A stretch of DNA of 35,982 nt, from contig JBHLLT010000007.1 of NCBI GenBank assembly GCA_048938855.1, positions 98,163 to 134,144 of the forward strand, given 5' to 3'. Positions 26,669-35,982 of this stretch are shown piece by piece. The notes beneath the pieces were generated by a model. That model ran no database searches. It was not told the origin of the DNA and worked only from the letters and a program-made list of their open reading frames with translations. The position numbers and the translations under genes were made by a program. Positions within the stretch are counted from its first letter, which is position 1, and each line of letters opens with the position of its first letter. Source of the stretch: Promethearchaeota archaeon (GTDB taxonomy: Archaea > Asgardarchaeota > Lokiarchaeia > Sigyniarchaeales > SOKP01).

Positions 26669-27262
26669 TTGACTTCTTTAAAAATTGCTATTACCAGAGA
26701 TCTCGCAAATGGAATTGAATTTTCTTGTCAAATGTGTGGAAAATGCTGCACAGGTTTTAATGAAGGCGAAGTTTATTTATACAAAGAGGACATTCTAAGG
26801 TTGGCAAACCATTTGAATCTAGAGGGAACAAAAGGACTAAGAGAATTTGCTGAAAAATATTTAAAAATTGTTAATGACTCATTTTTTTCGAAAGAACCTG
26901 GAGCTCAAAGAGGTAGAACATATAGATATAAAACTCTCGGATTTAGATTCACTGGGGAGGATGAACACTGTCACTTTTTAAAAGATAATAAGTGTAGTGT
27001 TCATGAAGCACGTCCTTTTCAGTGTAGATCATTCCCATTTTGGCAGATGATGGTTTCCAGTAAAAATAATTTTGACAATTATACTAAAAAATGTAAAGGA
27101 CTACAACTTTTGAAAGGTAAATTTTATTCACGGGAAGAAATAATAAAATGGGCTAAAGATGAATACGAAATAGAGAAGGACTACTTTTTAGAAATGAAAA
27201 AACACAAATTTAACATTCTAGAAGTATACCCTTTTTTGTCAAAGAAAATGCTGGAGGAATAG
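26669..27262 (+). CDS. YkgJ/UPF0153 cysteine-cluster (CxxCxxCC) protein
   Basis: FSCQMCGKCC, CHFLKDNKCSVHEARPFQCRSFPFW and CKG motifs. Confidence 0.9.
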   Translation: MTSLKIAITRDLANGIEFSCQMCGKCCTGFNEGEVYLYKEDILRLANHLNLEGTKGLREFAEKYLKIVNDSFFSKEPGAQRGRTYRYKTLGFRFTGEDEHCHFLKDNKCSVHEARPFQCRSFPFWQMMVSSKNNFDNYTKKCKGLQLLKGKFYSREEIIKWAKDEYEIEKDYFLEMKKHKFNILEVYPFLSKKMLEE

Positions 27263-27391
27263 ATTGGATCATACTGGGAATTATTTATTATAAGGTATGA
27301 TAATCTTAGCGGAATTGAGATTAAAGCATTTTTTTAATTAAAAAATAAAAAAAAAAAGTTATAAATTATACTTTTATTTTTATATTTCATT

Positions 27392-28045
27392 CTATCCTTC
27401 TTTGAAGTAAATATGACAAACAAAGGCAATCATTAAGAGCATTCCACTAAATCCGGTTACAGGGTATCCTCCAGCATATCCAGCTACAAAAGTATACATA
27501 ACAAATGCGATAATTAAAAGAACCCACCATTTATAGGGAATTTTAATATCTACGAAGTCAAATATTAAAATTAACAAAATAACCATCAAGATTAGACCAA
27601 AAACCGCATTCACTATCTCTATAGGTACTGCTGAAGTCAAGAAAATTGAAACACAATCCCAGAAACCAAAGAGTACTCCAAAGAATACCATAAACTTGCA
27701 TCCTGCAAGTTTCATTTTTTCTCCAACTAATTCCATCAATACTGCTAAGATTACTATGGTACCGTTTAAATAACTACCTCCGTTTAAATAATCGAATATG
27801 ATCAATAGCACACCGATAATTAACATTAACCACCACCAATAAGGTAGTTTAACTGGTCCTAAGCCTATCAGATCTAAGGATATAAAGATTAAAGCAACAA
27901 ATACAAGACATAGGATTCCATAGAGAATAAGTAATGGTACTAGAATAGATAAGACAAAATATCCTATTGCTTGTGCAAAGATTAACAACATAGCAATAAA
28001 GAGAACTAGTTTAGTAGGAGTCATTGATCCTCGTTCTTCTCCCAT
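27392..28045 (-). CDS. Multi-pass membrane protein with internal duplication
   Basis: About 8 TM helices; repeated motif VKLPYWWWLMLII / IKIPYKWWVLLII. Confidence 0.75.
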   Translation of the reverse strand: MGEERGSMTPTKLVLFIAMLLIFAQAIGYFVLSILVPLLILYGILCLVFVALIFISLDLIGLGPVKLPYWWWLMLIIGVLLIIFDYLNGGSYLNGTIVILAVLMELVGEKMKLAGCKFMVFFGVLFGFWDCVSIFLTSAVPIEIVNAVFGLILMVILLILIFDFVDIKIPYKWWVLLIIAFVMYTFVAGYAGGYPVTGFSGMLLMIAFVCHIYFKEG

Positions 28046-28417
28046 CTAAGATCACTTTTTTATTTTTTTATTTTTGTTTTAAATTTTTTTTTCCATATAG
28101 GAATTACAGTTAAATTGTTTTACCGGCTTTAAAAGGTTTTACATATTTCTTATTATATACTTAATAGGATTATATACTAATGAATGAAATTTAGAATCGT
28201 AATTGATGTTGTGCAAAAAAAATTAATCTCACTTCTCTTTTCTAAACGGGAGTTTTCTCAGAATGGCAAATTAGATTTCTATTTAAATAGATACCTATTT
28301 ATTCTTATAAATTTGTGAAATTATTATCCTAATTTAATTAATCTCAACAGTTATTAAAAAATCGATTTTATAATAATTAAAGAACTTCAAAAAAGTCTAA
28401 TATCGGGTAGAATAAAA

Positions 28418-30808
28418 TTGAAAATTGGATTATTTGTCTGTGATTGTGGGAAAAATATTAGTGGTGTGATAGATAATGAGTTCTTGATTAAACACTTTGA
28501 GAAAAACCCAGACTTATATGTATTTAGGGATCAATATTTATGTTCTGAATTAGGTTTAAATAAAATCACTGAAGAAATAAAAGAAAAAAAAATTGATCGC
28601 ATGGTCATTGCTGCTTGTTCCTTCAAATTACATGGATTATTATTTCGAAAAACTATTGAAAAAGCAGGAATTAATCGATTTTTAATCTCTTTTGCTAATA
28701 TCAGAGAGCAAAACTCATGGGTACATTATGATGAGCCAGAAAAGGCTACAAAAAAGGCAATAGATCAAATAAATATGGCGATAGAACAGGTTAAACTTCT
28801 AGAACCATTAGAAATTCAATACTCAGATATTTCACCTTCAGTTCTAATAATTGGAGGAGGTATCGCAGGGATTAAAGCGGCACTTGTTATTGCCGACACA
28901 GGAAATAAGGTATACTTAGTAGAAAAAGAGCCTACCATTGGAGGACACATGGCATTATTTGATAAAACCTTTCCCACTCTCGATTGCAGTATATGTATTC
29001 TTGGTCCAATGATGACTGAAGTTAAGGAACATCCTAATATAGAATTGCTTACATATTCAACAGTAGAAAATGTTCAAGGATATGTGGGCAATTTTGATGT
29101 GCAGATAAAAAAGAAACCTCGATTTATAGTGGAGAAAGATTGTGTTGGATGTATTGATATTTGTAGGGAAGTTTGTCCGATTGATATTGAGGATACTTTT
29201 TTCCCAAGAAAAGCGATAGATGTTCCATATCCCCAAGCAATTCCTTTATTTCCAAATATTTTAGAAGAATATTGTATTGGATGCAAAGCTTGTGCTCAAG
29301 CCTGTGATAGAGATGCAATTGATTTTGAACAACAACCCGAATTAGTTAATGTTAAAGTAGGTTCAATTATTGTTGCAACAGGATTTAAACCATTTGATCC
29401 AACCATTTTAGGGGAATATGGATACAATAAATACTCTGATGTCATTACTACAATGCAAATGGAAAGGTTGTTTAATAGTGATGGACCAACTCATGGTAAG
29501 GTTGTAAGACCTTCTACTGGGAAACCTCCTAAAAAAGTTTCTTTTATTTTATGTGTTGGTTCTCGGAATAAAAAAATCCATCATGAGTATTGTAGTCAAG
29601 TTTGTTGTAACGTAGCAATTAAACAAGCAGTTTTATTAAAAAATGAGTATCCTGATGTAAGAATTAACATATATTATACCGATATAAGAGCTGTTGGCAA
29701 AAATTGCGAGGAATTTTATAATAGGGCTATGGAAGCTTTTGGAATACGATTTATAAAGAGTAGTATTTCAGCGATATTGAAAAGTGATACATCTGAGGAG
29801 TTAATTATTCGGGGAGAAGATATACTTGAAGATGCTCTTTTTGAAAATAAGACAGATTTGGTAATTTTGGCTGTAGGCATCGAACCTCCAGAAGGTACAG
29901 ATGAATTAAGTCAATTATTGAATATATCCCAGGATTTAAATGGATTTTTACTTGAAAAACATTTAAAAGTTAGACCATCAGAAACTTCGGTAAACGGTAT
30001 ATTTCTAGGAGGGGTAATTCAAGGACCTAAAGATATACCAAGTAGCATTGCTCAAGCAGAAAGTGCAGCTGCAAAAGCAATTTCATTAATTTCAAAAGGA
30101 AAAGTGGAATTAGATCCGCACATAGTATATTTTGATAAGGAAAAATGCACACTATGCCGATTATGTGAAAATATTTGCATGTTTAATGCTTTAAAAATTG
30201 AAGGGAAGGAGTTATTTATTACACCAGCAAATTGCACAGGCTGTGGTGCTTGTGCAGCGATGTGTCCTGAAGATGCATTATATATACCAAGTTTTACAAA
30301 AAATCAAATTTCCTCCCAAATCAAATCCATTTTAACCAAAAAAAGCGAATTTCCTCTTATCATCGCATTTTTATGTAATTGGTGCTCCTATGTGGGTGCT
30401 GATTTAGCTGGAGTTAGCAAATTAATATATCCTACCAATGTAAGAACTATCCATGTAATGTGTACCGCCATGATTAACCCATCTTTAATCTTTGAAAGTC
30501 TATTTAATGGTGCTGATGGAGTTTTAATCGCTGGTTGTCATGAACAAGATTGCCACTATCAGGAGGGATTTATTAAAGCTAAAACCAGATATGAAAGTAT
30601 TAGAGAAATGTTAATTGAAGCAGGAATCAATGAAAATAGAGTAAAAATTGTATCTATTTCAGCTGGAGAGGGAGAAAAATATGCAAAGATAATAAAAGAA
30701 TTTAAAGAACAGATAGAGAATTTTGGTCCAATTCAACCTCACGAGTATATAAAACCACCTTCAATAAAAAAACCAGTGAAAGATAAAGCAAAATTAGATG
30801 AATTATAA
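28418..30808 (+). CDS. hdrA: HdrA-MvhD fusion (flavin-based electron-bifurcating module)
   Basis: VCDCG, GGGIAG, DKTFPTLDCSICIL, an inserted ferredoxin, CVGSR..YCSQVCC and a C-terminal 2x[4Fe-4S] domain. MvhD motifs follow: FLCNWCSYVGAD, VMCTA, GCHEQDCHY. Confidence 0.93.
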   Translation: MKIGLFVCDCGKNISGVIDNEFLIKHFEKNPDLYVFRDQYLCSELGLNKITEEIKEKKIDRMVIAACSFKLHGLLFRKTIEKAGINRFLISFANIREQNSWVHYDEPEKATKKAIDQINMAIEQVKLLEPLEIQYSDISPSVLIIGGGIAGIKAALVIADTGNKVYLVEKEPTIGGHMALFDKTFPTLDCSICILGPMMTEVKEHPNIELLTYSTVENVQGYVGNFDVQIKKKPRFIVEKDCVGCIDICREVCPIDIEDTFFPRKAIDVPYPQAIPLFPNILEEYCIGCKACAQACDRDAIDFEQQPELVNVKVGSIIVATGFKPFDPTILGEYGYNKYSDVITTMQMERLFNSDGPTHGKVVRPSTGKPPKKVSFILCVGSRNKKIHHEYCSQVCCNVAIKQAVLLKNEYPDVRINIYYTDIRAVGKNCEEFYNRAMEAFGIRFIKSSISAILKSDTSEELIIRGEDILEDALFENKTDLVILAVGIEPPEGTDELSQLLNISQDLNGFLLEKHLKVRPSETSVNGIFLGGVIQGPKDIPSSIAQAESAAAKAISLISKGKVELDPHIVYFDKEKCTLCRLCENICMFNALKIEGKELFITPANCTGCGACAAMCPEDALYIPSFTKNQISSQIKSILTKKSEFPLIIAFLCNWCSYVGADLAGVSKLIYPTNVRTIHVMCTAMINPSLIFESLFNGADGVLIAGCHEQDCHYQEGFIKAKTRYESIREMLIEAGINENRVKIVSISAGEGEKYAKIIKEFKEQIENFGPIQPHEYIKPPSIKKPVKDKAKLDEL

Positions 30809-30959
30809 GATCCAATTATTTATGCAAGTTCAATCTTCTTTTTAAAGAAAAAATTCATTTTTATACAGAATTTCCCTTATAAACCTTATTAAGAGATATT
30901 ATCTATTATATTATAGTATGTGAAATTTAATAATAATTTTATAAAATAACAGGTCTAAC

Positions 30960-32246
30960 ATGCGAATCCGTGCTATTACTATAGGCCAGATGATTCCATT
31001 CTTATTAAAAAATGAAACAATTTTATCATTTCTACAAGATAAACTAAGAAAATTTTCTGCTTTCTATAATGAGTTTAGTGACATGTTAGAAAAATTTAAT
31101 ATTATAATAGATACAAAAAGAATAGCCTCACAACCTCTATTTTCATATGATAATAAGTTATTTTATGAAAAAAATCTAAAAGAAACTCTTGTAGATATAG
31201 ATAATCAATTAGAATTTCTCCATGATGTATTTAAAGATTACGGAATCAATTATTTTGCCAGTGCTATGATGAGAGCTGACCAAATTCAGGAATTAGGAAT
31301 CTTTGAGAAATTGTTACTTGATGAAGTTCCACAATTTATACTGAATAAACGTAATTTTTTCACTTCTTTGCCTGTGGCTTCTTCTGATAAGGGAATTAAC
31401 TTAACTGCTTTAAGATCGGGTGCAAAAATAATTAAAAATCTCTCAGAGCCAGATCCTTTTAATAATTTACAATTTTGTGTATCTGCCAACGTAGGACCGA
31501 ATTTTTCCTTTTTTCCAGCAGCTTATCACTTGTCTGAAAAGCCAGCTTTCTCACTAGCGCTTGAAATGGCAGACGAGGTTATAAATGTTATTGAAAACTC
31601 CAAGTCGCTAAAAGAGGCTCAATTAAATTTATTATCAAAATTTAATGAAATTTATGATAATTTAACAAAAATTGCTGAAAAATTAGCACGAAATTACGAC
31701 ATTGAGTTTAAAGGAATCGATTTTACTCCTGCGCCTTACCCAAAAATTGAAAGAAGTATTGGAACTGCAATAGAAAAGTTAGGAATTGATTATTTTGGAG
31801 CTAATGGGACACTAACAGCAATAGCACTAATTAAGAATTCTATTCCAGTTGAAAAGGAGAAAGTAATTGGATTTTCAGGATTTATGCAACCTGTTTTGGA
31901 AGATTTTACATTATCAAAAAGATTATCTGAAAATAAATTCAATCTAGATTCCCTTGTACTATATTCTACTATGTGTGGAGCAGGATTGGATGTGGTTCCA
32001 CTTCCAGGAGATATAACTGAACGTGAATTGTTTTATATTTTACTAGACATCTGCACAATATCTGTATTGCTAAATAAACCCTTAACTTGTAGACTCATGC
32101 CTATCCCTGGAAAGAAGTCAGGCGATGATGTTGCGTTTGATTTCGAATATTTTGCTCCTACAAAGATTATTAACTTTAGAAGATTAATGGGAGAAAATAA
32201 GAATGATTTGTTTGATGGAAATGAAAAAACTTTAAAATTTCTGTAA
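30960..32246 (+). CDS. DUF711 / UPF0210 family protein
   Basis: MRIRAITIG, FFPAAYH, GIDFTPAP, GFSGFMQPVLED, CGAGLDVVPLPGD and KPLTCRLMPIPG motifs. Confidence 0.85.
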   Translation: MRIRAITIGQMIPFLLKNETILSFLQDKLRKFSAFYNEFSDMLEKFNIIIDTKRIASQPLFSYDNKLFYEKNLKETLVDIDNQLEFLHDVFKDYGINYFASAMMRADQIQELGIFEKLLLDEVPQFILNKRNFFTSLPVASSDKGINLTALRSGAKIIKNLSEPDPFNNLQFCVSANVGPNFSFFPAAYHLSEKPAFSLALEMADEVINVIENSKSLKEAQLNLLSKFNEIYDNLTKIAEKLARNYDIEFKGIDFTPAPYPKIERSIGTAIEKLGIDYFGANGTLTAIALIKNSIPVEKEKVIGFSGFMQPVLEDFTLSKRLSENKFNLDSLVLYSTMCGAGLDVVPLPGDITERELFYILLDICTISVLLNKPLTCRLMPIPGKKSGDDVAFDFEYFAPTKIINFRRLMGENKNDLFDGNEKTLKFL

Positions 32247-32315
32247 TAAAATTTTTTAGAAAGGGTATCTAAATATTCATTTAAATAGCCCTAAAAATTA
32301 TATATTATTTCTTAC

Positions 32316-32771
32316 ATGAGTGAAAAAGAGAATAATACACGTTTGAAATTCTTTAATGAAGCAGTCGAATATATTGATAAATTCGATAATCACGAATTGA
32401 AGAATAAAGTAATTATAAGTCCCTTCGCTTCAGTAAACAACAACACAACTTTTTTAAGAGATGAAATGATAAATGAGTTAAACAATCTCAGAGAGATAAT
32501 AAGAAACAATCCAGATTTAAAAATTAAGGCGTTAACGGATAAAGAAAGAGAAATTTTTTATAAATTCATTAAATTTTATAGGGTTTGTCCTATTTGTGGA
32601 AATCAAAATCACTTTTTTAACTTAAAAAAAATATTTTTTGATGAAGATAAAAAAAAAGTCATTGAAGAATTGATAAGATTAATGGCAATAGATAAAAAAA
32701 GCTTAAAGAAAATAAACTTTCAACTAGGGGTTCCCTGTTGTAATTGCTATAAAGAATTCCTATTAGAATAA
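32316..32771 (+). CDS. Hypothetical protein with putative zinc site
   Basis: CPICG ... GVPCCNCY. Confidence 0.65.
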   Translation: MSEKENNTRLKFFNEAVEYIDKFDNHELKNKVIISPFASVNNNTTFLRDEMINELNNLREIIRNNPDLKIKALTDKEREIFYKFIKFYRVCPICGNQNHFFNLKKIFFDEDKKKVIEELIRLMAIDKKSLKKINFQLGVPCCNCYKEFLLE

Positions 32772-32786
32772 AATTATAAATAGTTT

Positions 32787-33125
32787 TTACTCTAGATATT
32801 CAATTATTTTTCCACTTTGAGTAATTTCATAAAAAATTTCTTTTGTTTCTTCGTTTTTTATAGAGCCAATACAAAAAGCTTTGATTAAAAAATCCATATG
32901 ATAATTAAACATATACTCATCATCAAGAATTCCTCTATTAATAAGTATTTTAAGCAATTTGGTTTTTGAAATTCGCTTAGTATTATTTACTATTGTTAAA
33001 ATTTCACGTCTAATTGGTGAGTTGACAGCTCGTAAATATAAATCGTGTAAATACCGTGATCCTTCAACTGTTTTGCTATATTCTTCCATAGATTTATAGT
33101 TCTTAAAGTCAAACTCGTCTGGCAT
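32787..33125 (-). CDS. ArsR-like winged-helix protein
   Basis: RAVNSPIRREIL..FNYHMDFL..YEITQSG wHTH pattern. Confidence 0.75.
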   Translation of the reverse strand: MPDEFDFKNYKSMEEYSKTVEGSRYLHDLYLRAVNSPIRREILTIVNNTKRISKTKLLKILINRGILDDEYMFNYHMDFLIKAFCIGSIKNEETKEIFYEITQSGKIIEYLE

Positions 33126-33139
33126 ATTTAAGTAAAATA

Positions 33140-33300
33140 AAGAAAGAAAAAAAAACCTTGGGATTTCAATTTATCGCCATTGATTTATTAATAAAATATA
33201 AAAGGAATTTAAAAAATTGTGAATGAGGGACAATATTGAATCTCTTTAAAATTGGAGGGTGAGGGTCTAAAGCAACAACCAGCGGCAATATACTGATTTC
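33140..33300 (-). ncRNA. Possible structured RNA or leader element
   Basis: Long-range stems AUUGCCG-C-UGGUU / AAUCA-A-UGGCGAU and UCAGU/AUUGA, with G-U pairs that favour the minus strand. Three CCCUC motifs inside; ends in a U9 tract. Confidence 0.4.
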
Positions 33301-33479
33301 AGAATTATTAAAAGATTTTTTTGATGGATCTAATAGTATTAAATAGAGTTAATTGATTCTATCTATTATTTATACACTTTCAATGATTTCTTTCAATAAT
33401 CTATAAAAGAAAAATATTTTATATTAACCGTCTTATTTCATCATTAATTTTAACTTAAATGCAAATTTAATGAGAAAAA

Positions 33480-34541
33480 ATGAATTTTGAAGAAATAAAA
33501 AGTTTATTGGGATCAGATGCTGATAATCTATTAAATCATATATGTACTGGTATCCCCAAATCAATGATCCATCCTCCTGGACCAGATTATATAGAACGTG
33601 TAGTTGAACATGCAGATAGAAATAATATAGTCTTAAATAATATGGAACGATTGTTTAATCAGACTGGAAGATTAGCTCGGACAGGATACCTCTCAGTGTT
33701 GCCTGTAGACCAAGGAATTGAACATTCTGCATCTGCTAGTTTTGCGGTAAATCCTTCATATTTTGATCCTGAAAATATAATAAAGTTAGCAATCGATGGA
33801 GGATGTAATGCTGTAGCATCCACTCTAGGGATTTTAGGATCCATTTCAAGACGTTATGCACGTAAAATCCCATTTATTGTAAAAATTAACCATAATGAGC
33901 TCCTAACAAAACCACCTTTTTCTGATCAAACTCTTTTTGCATCTGTAGATCAAGCTTGGGATATGGGAGCAGCAGCCATAGGCGCTACAATTTATTTTGG
34001 TTCAAGTAATTCACGAAGACAAATTCAAGAAATAAGTGAGGCTTTTAAATATGCTCATGAACTTGGTTTAGTTTGTGTTTTATGGTGTTATTTAAGAAAC
34101 CCAGAGGAATTCATAAAAAATGGTAAAGATTATCATACAGCAAATGATTTAGAAAGCCAAGCTAATTATTTAGGAGTTACTATTGAAGCAGATATTATAA
34201 AACAAAAATTATCTACTCTTAACAAAGGTTTTCTTGATTTAAATTTTGGAAAAACAGATAAACTTGTTTATGATAAACTAGCAACAGATCATCCAATTGA
34301 GTGGAATCGTTACCAAGTAGCAAATTGTTTTATGGGGCGAGCAGGATTAATAAATTCAGGAGGAGAAACAGGTAAGAATGATCTACAAGACGCTGTAACA
34401 GCAGCAGTCATTAATAAACGTTCAGGGGGAATGGGTCTAATACTTGGCCGTAAGGCATTCAAAAAGCCAACACCTGAAGGAATTAGCATCTTAAATGCGG
34501 TACAAGATGTCTATTTATGTAAAGATATAACTATTGCATAA
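33480..34541 (+). CDS. fbaB: Class I fructose-bisphosphate aldolase (bacterial FbaB/DhnA type)
   Basis: Closely follows E. coli FbaB as recalled: [35 protein letters not shown] (Schiff-base Lys), [14 protein letters not shown] and C-terminal ITIA. Confidence 0.93.
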   Translation: MNFEEIKSLLGSDADNLLNHICTGIPKSMIHPPGPDYIERVVEHADRNNIVLNNMERLFNQTGRLARTGYLSVLPVDQGIEHSASASFAVNPSYFDPENIIKLAIDGGCNAVASTLGILGSISRRYARKIPFIVKINHNELLTKPPFSDQTLFASVDQAWDMGAAAIGATIYFGSSNSRRQIQEISEAFKYAHELGLVCVLWCYLRNPEEFIKNGKDYHTANDLESQANYLGVTIEADIIKQKLSTLNKGFLDLNFGKTDKLVYDKLATDHPIEWNRYQVANCFMGRAGLINSGGETGKNDLQDAVTAAVINKRSGGMGLILGRKAFKKPTPEGISILNAVQDVYLCKDITIA

Positions 34542-34633
34542 TATTATTACTCTTTTTCTTTTTTTTGACAATATTTATTTTATTGAATTAAAATTAAAAT
34601 AAAACTTACATTATTCATCCTATAGAATTAAAT

Positions 34634-35188
34634 TTGTCCAAGATTATTATGGGAAAGGAAAAAAATTTTAGACCAGATCCAAGTACTAATCCTTATAGGG
34701 TTAAACAAGCACCTAGTTCTCCTAAAAGAGATGTCATTGATTTCAATACTCGTAGAATATGTCCAGCTTGTGGACGGGATATTAAAATAACACACAATTT
34801 TTGTAAATATTGTGGAGTAGATCTAAATGAAATTGAGCCAGTAGGAACTGATGAAATATCGAAACAATTAGCCATGACGGCTGTATCTGATCCAGATCCA
34901 GAAGTTCGAAAAGAAGCTGTAGATACATTAGGTGATTTTGAAGATAAGAGAGTCTTAGGGGTTCTCACATATATTTTATTGAATGATCCAGATGAGAGTG
35001 TTAGAAAAGAAGCAGCGGATGAATTAGGAGATATTCATCATCCATACAGTTTAGATGCATTGTCAAAAGCACTTAAAGATGAGAGTGCACTTGTTAGAAA
35101 AGAGGCTATAGAGGGGTTAAAAAAGATTAAGAAAAGCACGAAGTCAAAAGAATTGAGCAAAGACGAAAAAAAAGATATTGATTTATAA
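34634..35188 (+). CDS. Zinc-ribbon plus PBS-lyase HEAT-repeat protein
   Basis: CPACG..FCKYCG, then three repeats: DPDPEVRKEAVDTLG / DPDESVRKEAADELG / DESALVRKEAIEGL. Confidence 0.85.
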   Translation: MSKIIMGKEKNFRPDPSTNPYRVKQAPSSPKRDVIDFNTRRICPACGRDIKITHNFCKYCGVDLNEIEPVGTDEISKQLAMTAVSDPDPEVRKEAVDTLGDFEDKRVLGVLTYILLNDPDESVRKEAADELGDIHHPYSLDALSKALKDESALVRKEAIEGLKKIKKSTKSKELSKDEKKDIDL

Positions 35189-35214
35189 GAAAATGATTAC
35201 GAGCCAGACTATGA

Positions 35215-35982
35215 CTAATCAGATTTTGGGATCTCAGGCAGATTTCTTCTTTGTTTTTTTGCTGTAAATTTTTCCAAAATTTCAATTATTTCTGCTTTTC
35301 TTGAGTTAGACTGTAACTCTATGTTTTCTTCTTCAGCATAAGCTTTAAGATCTTTTACAGTCATTGACTTAAAATCAATAGTTTTATTAGTAACGCTTGG
35401 TTGACTTACAGAAACAGATGATGTTTTTTTCTCTAATTCACTTTTATTTGATGACTCAAGGTTTGCTAATACTTCTACAGCTTCCACGATTCCTTTTTTA
35501 TCATCAAAATAAATTCTTAGTAGGTGGTTATCTAACTCAATCATAGCTTTTGGAACTTTTTTTAATGGTTCCCATTCAGTTTCTTCAACATCTTTTCCAA
35601 ATACATTAGCCGTTTTAGAAACAGCAGCGTAAAGGGTATGACCTAGAATGAGATTTACTCGTTTATAATTATCAGAAATTTCTGTTTTTAAAATTTTATC
35701 TTTTATAGCCTGAGTCTGTTCTTCTGATAATCCACTCGCGTACACTACAGATGGTTTTGTATTTGATTTGGGAGTTGTTGATGAAGGCATGGTTCTCAAA
35801 TATGATGAAGTTACTACCTTGTTACTAGTATCTTGTAATGCTGGTGAATAATATTCTTCTTCTGTTTGCGGACTAGAAGCTTTCGGAACGGCATCAGTGA
35901 TAGTTGCTTGAGCACCTCTTTCTCGTTCAATGTTTCTAACATAACGCATATCTTCCAATCTTTCAGTAACTTCCATTGATTC
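35215..35982 (-). CDS. Protein with C-terminal Rho-N/SAP/HeH-like helical domain; 5' end probably outside the window
   Basis: DFKSMTVKDLKAYAEEENIELQSNSRKAEIIEIL matches the Rho-N/HeH pattern. S/T/P-rich linkers. Frame is still open upstream of ATG 35976 at the window edge. Confidence 0.7.
   Translation of the reverse strand, partial: ESMEVTERLEDMRYVRNIERERGAQATITDAVPKASSPQTEEEYYSPALQDTSNKVVTSSYLRTMPSSTTPKSNTKPSVVYASGLSEEQTQAIKDKILKTEISDNYKRVNLILGHTLYAAVSKTANVFGKDVEETEWEPLKKVPKAMIELDNHLLRIYFDDKKGIVEAVEVLANLESSNKSELEKKTSSVSVSQPSVTNKTIDFKSMTVKDLKAYAEEENIELQSNSRKAEIIEILEKFTAKKQRRNLPEIPKSD

Noticed and set aside
27268-27326. SECIS-like hairpin after the YkgJ gene: AUGA-UAAUCUUAG-CGGAA-UUGAGAUUA, plus an overlapping ATCATAC/GTATGAT stem
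   Set aside because: The 3' side of the core reads AA rather than the required GA, and neither flanking gene has an in-frame TGA. It is more simply a 3'-UTR or terminator structure between convergent genes.
10695-34968. Remaining short overlapping ORFs (10695, 12298, 13919, 15230, 17592, 18594, 19401, 23445, 24941, 26300, 29074, 29124, 30052, 31286, 33659, 34693)
   Set aside because: All lie mostly or wholly antisense to well-supported genes and show no recognisable motifs.
1-35982. CRISPR arrays, rRNA, transposases, integrases
   Set aside because: No regularly spaced repeats, long GC-rich RNA-like tracts or recombinase/transposase motifs were seen.

Overview
A very AT-rich archaeal chromosome segment, most likely from Asgard archaea (Lokiarchaeia/Promethearchaeota). 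The assignment rests on Rab-like and MglA-like small GTPases, a tandem roadblock protein, a longin-like protein, an HdrA-MvhD fusion with separate hdrCB, and many TTG starts. About 37 CDS are supported, including metabolic genes (PHP histidinol phosphatase, PAP2, DedA/VTT, DMT, class I FBP aldolase, DUF711), a PAS histidine kinase and an orphan N6-adenine methyltransferase. No rRNA, CRISPR array or transposase was seen. The main signals outside the ORF track are five. (1) A ~150-nt structured candidate ncRNA at 22527-22684 (-), with a TATA box, an oligo-U end, a pyrimidine-rich bubble and an Sm-site-like motif, plus a possible second family member at 33140-33300. (2) A decayed tRNA-Ala that now carries a GUU anticodon, at 6085-6156. 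(3) Three genes whose protein-like frames extend to ATA/ATT codons behind Shine-Dalgarno-like motifs. (4) A receptor-like surface protein with a duplicated cytoplasmic domain, followed by a triple winged-helix regulator and a secreted-protein gene. (5) A longin / 7TM / small-GTPase neighbourhood and a P-loop-degenerate pseudo-GTPase. All calls come from reading motifs by eye; no searches or folding programs were run.
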